Shown: positions 62,301 through 64,000 of the stretch, in pieces | Position numbering within the stretch: the stretch's first letter is position 1 | Layout of the letters: each line of letters opens with the position of its first letter | Assembly (NCBI GenBank): GCA_036338595.1 | Contig: JAYZBV010000071.1 | Span: 1 to 64,000 of the forward strand | Reading direction: 5' to 3' | From: Planctomycetota bacterium | Lineage (GTDB): Bacteria; Planctomycetota; UBA8108; UBA1146 | DNA: 64,000 nucleotides | Notes under the pieces: generated by a model | What the model was told of the DNA's origin: nothing | What the model saw: the letters and a program-made list of their open reading frames with translations, nothing else | Database searches by the model: none | Translations under genes and position numbers: made by a program

Positions 62301-62608
62301 AGCAAGGAACCCTCAGGATCTCCAGGTACCAGCGCCGGTCCACGATCTCCCCCGGTTCGAATACCCTCTCGAAAATCGACTCGCAAGCCACTCTTGAGTT
62401 CCTTCGCAGAGGCACTGTGGCAGGAGTAGCATCTCTGGACCAGCAAGGGACGGATCTCGTTTTCGAATGGCTCCAGCAATTCCAGCGGAATCTCTTCCTC
62501 CTCGCCGGCCGCTTGCAGTGGCGAAGCCAGAGAGAGGTGCACTCCGAGGAAGCCGAGGAGAGCAACCCAGATGAGGGTTTCCGAGCCGTTGTGATTCGCC
62601 AATGGCAC
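59309..62608 (-). CDS. Planctomycete cytochrome c / DUF1549 / CBM-like / DUF1553 protein
   Basis: CYSCH and CARCHDHKFDPI, GERWARSWLDIVRYADS, VNRIWQ, PSHPELLD; GTG 62608 after GGAGGAGG (the track start 62749 is less likely). Confidence 0.92.
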   Translation of the reverse strand: MPLANHNGSETLIWVALLGFLGVHLSLASPLQAAGEEEEIPLELLEPFENEIRPLLVQRCYSCHSASAKELKSGLRVDFREGIRTGGDRGPALVPGDPEGSLLMRAVNGTEPGLSMPPGETLSTLEIQSLAQWIRTGAADPRDEPSGLAAPEDERLKSRSMEESRGHWAFLPVSDPKPPEVKDRDRVRDPIDAFILAALEEQDLGLAPEASLQILAKRAHQMLTGLPLPWTRLQQLGASDDPEAFEQFVDELLESPEFGERWARSWLDIVRYADSNGLDENLAFGNAWRYRDYVIRAFNSDKPYDQFLIEQIAGDLLPATEDQLAWRDQRIATGFLVLGPKMLAEQDEAKLAIDVVDEQLDVVSRAFLGMTVGCARCHDHKFDPIPARDYYAMAGIFRSTSTMENLKTVAKWREISLETAPEKQLREKWQSQRASIAKELESAKKKLRESLEEDLSVGVGQHLLAAQDALQRIAISGVTETSSTTLGENRTNYGTQQIPVLHSVKGGIQQATWKLQVPDPGLWSLEVRYSAKERRPMRLIVNGEEVSREALATVTGGWTTTHLFWEAQAEIQLDAGEVEIRLERDGAVPHLDRVRLVPARGWPTPRDPMIVSGWVDFLTRPTLQQDPLWGPWIEFMTLRIDAPEQVSAWWEETLADEKTLSLSEEARAILSQSKPSDRASVAAIYQTLVEAAEASGAGSVAALKPISDQLRSTAGPWFEPLLLAEKSAPEALREPVDQIIASLATKDEEKPPAAVLAMGVQDGKIADLPIHIRGSHLRLASEAVPRGAMQVTENLVPPIQVEEGSSGRLELARWMTDEDHPLTSRVAVNRIWQELFGEALVATPSNFGYSGERPSHPELLDRLAHDFVANGWSTKQMIRRILSTSTWRQQVIEDPAAAELDPENRLLWRQNRHRLRAEAVRDSVLSVSQVLDREMGGTLLMTGNRGYVTNDQSNNQARYDLPRRSIYLPVIRNAMYELFSAFDYNDPSAPISKRYSTVVPHQALFFLNSPMVLDAALAITRQVLAMDLSEQGRVQEIHRIILCREATDEEVERSIEFVNRAVEYFLASPEEERPGDPVESSWQAFSQALLASSEFLYLD

Positions 62609-62795
62609 TGATATCACCTCCTCCGGTGCATGCCGACCTTGCAGATCCATCCTAGCCTGTCCAGGGGCACCGAACCACCTCGGGCGCAGGTGTTGCGGAG
62701 GACTCAGGAACGGGCACAATCGACAACAGACAGGAAAGTAACCGACCATGATTCCGAGCCCAGAACAGCATCACCGATCGTGTGTTGCGCCACCG

Positions 62796-63614
62796 ATGAG
62801 CCCATCATCCTGGACCACGGGTTGGATACTGTTCTCCTCGCTACTGCTGGCAATGGCTCCCTCCGGCTGCTCCATATCTTCGCAGTTTCAGCACAATCTG
62901 GAGGTCCACGCACAACTGTCTGCTGCCAGAACCGCTCCCGTAGGATCGATGACCACCGATTCCGGAGGCTCCGTCACACCGTTCGACTTCGACGACATCG
63001 GGCTCTCTGAATCCTCCCTTTCTGTCGGCACCCGGATCCAGCTGGATCATGGTCCCCTTCGATTCCTGATCGATAGTATCGAAACTTCTGGTTCTTCCGT
63101 GGGCTCCTTTTCAGGAGCATTCGGAGGAGCGGATTTGCCCGCAGACAACTACGGGGCCGAGGTCGACATCGTTGATTATCGCGTGCTGATGGCATTTCCC
63201 ATCAGTGCTGCAGCCAGGGGTGAGGGTGGCATTCTCGATACCCGGTTACTGGCCGGGCTGGATATGACTGCGATCCGGATCAACATGGTTTCGACATCGG
63301 ATCCTGCTGTTTTTGCGGAGTTCGATGAACTCGCTCCCGCTCCCGTTCTCGGATTGCAATCCAAGCTTGAAATCGCACCATCCTGGAATGTTGAGGGGAT
63401 TCTCACGGTGCTGCCGCTTTCCGAGATTACCGGGTACGACGCAAAGTGCATCGATGGTTCGATTCGAATTGAATGGGAGGCGGATCCGCAGTGGAACATC
63501 TTTGCAGGGGTGAGAGACCATTCCATTCAACTGTCCAGAACAGCAGATGGGCGCTTGATCGATCTGGATCTTGCGATTGAGTTGGTCGAGTTCGGTGTCA
63601 TTTTCCGGTTTTGA
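62796..63614 (+). CDS. Outer-membrane beta-barrel protein with lipoprotein-like signal
   Basis: LLLAMAPSG-C, alternating beta pattern, C-terminal GVIFRF; start could also be 62748. Confidence 0.68.
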   Translation: MSPSSWTTGWILFSSLLLAMAPSGCSISSQFQHNLEVHAQLSAARTAPVGSMTTDSGGSVTPFDFDDIGLSESSLSVGTRIQLDHGPLRFLIDSIETSGSSVGSFSGAFGGADLPADNYGAEVDIVDYRVLMAFPISAAARGEGGILDTRLLAGLDMTAIRINMVSTSDPAVFAEFDELAPAPVLGLQSKLEIAPSWNVEGILTVLPLSEITGYDAKCIDGSIRIEWEADPQWNIFAGVRDHSIQLSRTADGRLIDLDLAIELVEFGVIFRF

Positions 63615-63642
63615 AGCGAGCGTCCACCGAGTGAAGTTCGCT

Positions 63643-64000
63643 CTAGATCTTCAATCTCAGGGAGAGTTCGGAGTTCAACTTTCGCTGTGGATCGAACTGT
63701 TGCCGGATTTGTTGAAATTTTCCGAGATCAGGATACATCGCCCTGAATAATTCCGGCGTCAATGTAGAGTCCTTCGCCAGATAAACCCTTCCCTCTTCCT
63801 GAGCGACCCTCTCGTCGAGCTGGCGCAACAGTTCAACAGTCCCCGCCTCGGAGCGAAAATCCATCGACAGCGTCATCCCATCGTCGGGAAAGGAGAGCCA
63901 ACCAGAGCCTTGACGCATCATCTTGAGAACCACCAGCGTGGGCGGGCAAGCGCCGGAAACTGACATCTCCAGCAGTTGTCGGATCACCACATCACATCGA
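63643..64000 (-). CDS. FAD-linked oxidase, DprE1-like C-terminal part (truncated by window end)
   Basis: LVVLK, LSFP..GMTLSMDF, GRVYLAKDS, FRAMYP, DP..SELSLRL. Confidence 0.8.
   Translation of the reverse strand, partial: RCDVVIRQLLEMSVSGACPPTLVVLKMMRQGSGWLSFPDDGMTLSMDFRSEAGTVELLRQLDERVAQEEGRVYLAKDSTLTPELFRAMYPDLGKFQQIRQQFDPQRKLNSELSLRLKI

Overview
A gene-dense, GC-rich (about 60% by eye) bacterial chromosome segment, most likely from a Planctomycetota genome (inferred from the planctomycete cytochrome-c/DUF1549/DUF1553 plus DUF1501 pair, the FxRGDxNxD-type dockerin protein and the TsaC-phosphatase fusion). Most of it is housekeeping: larC, an ECF sigma/anti-sigma pair, hom-thrC-thrB-lysC, gcvP, pruA, kdsD, two Ntn hydrolases, a beta-oxidation enzyme, ftsH, a 2-oxoacid dehydrogenase/lipoylation cluster, tsaC-phosphatase/rpiB, two folding chaperones, rnhA, rnr and pilB-pilB-pilC. 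I found no rRNA, tRNA, CRISPR array or mobile element. The most unusual stretch is 25.3-33.7 kb. It holds a 63-aa bacterial histone hidden in a longer mis-started ORF, an AT-rich palindrome upstream of it, and a convergent 1445-aa STAND-ATPase/TPR/GAF/degenerate-GGDEF/Fis-HTH protein. The leader of that large gene carries an interlocking SD/anti-SD pairing set that looks like a translational switch. Next come about 900 bp of hairpin-rich non-coding DNA, an Arg-rich secreted beta-hairpin protein and a membrane pseudokinase-TPR protein. A secreted 3x cohesin-like + dockerin protein with a structured 3' RNA element is a second highlight. All calls are motif recognition by eye; no searches were run, and several start codons were re-picked using Shine-Dalgarno (SD) context.
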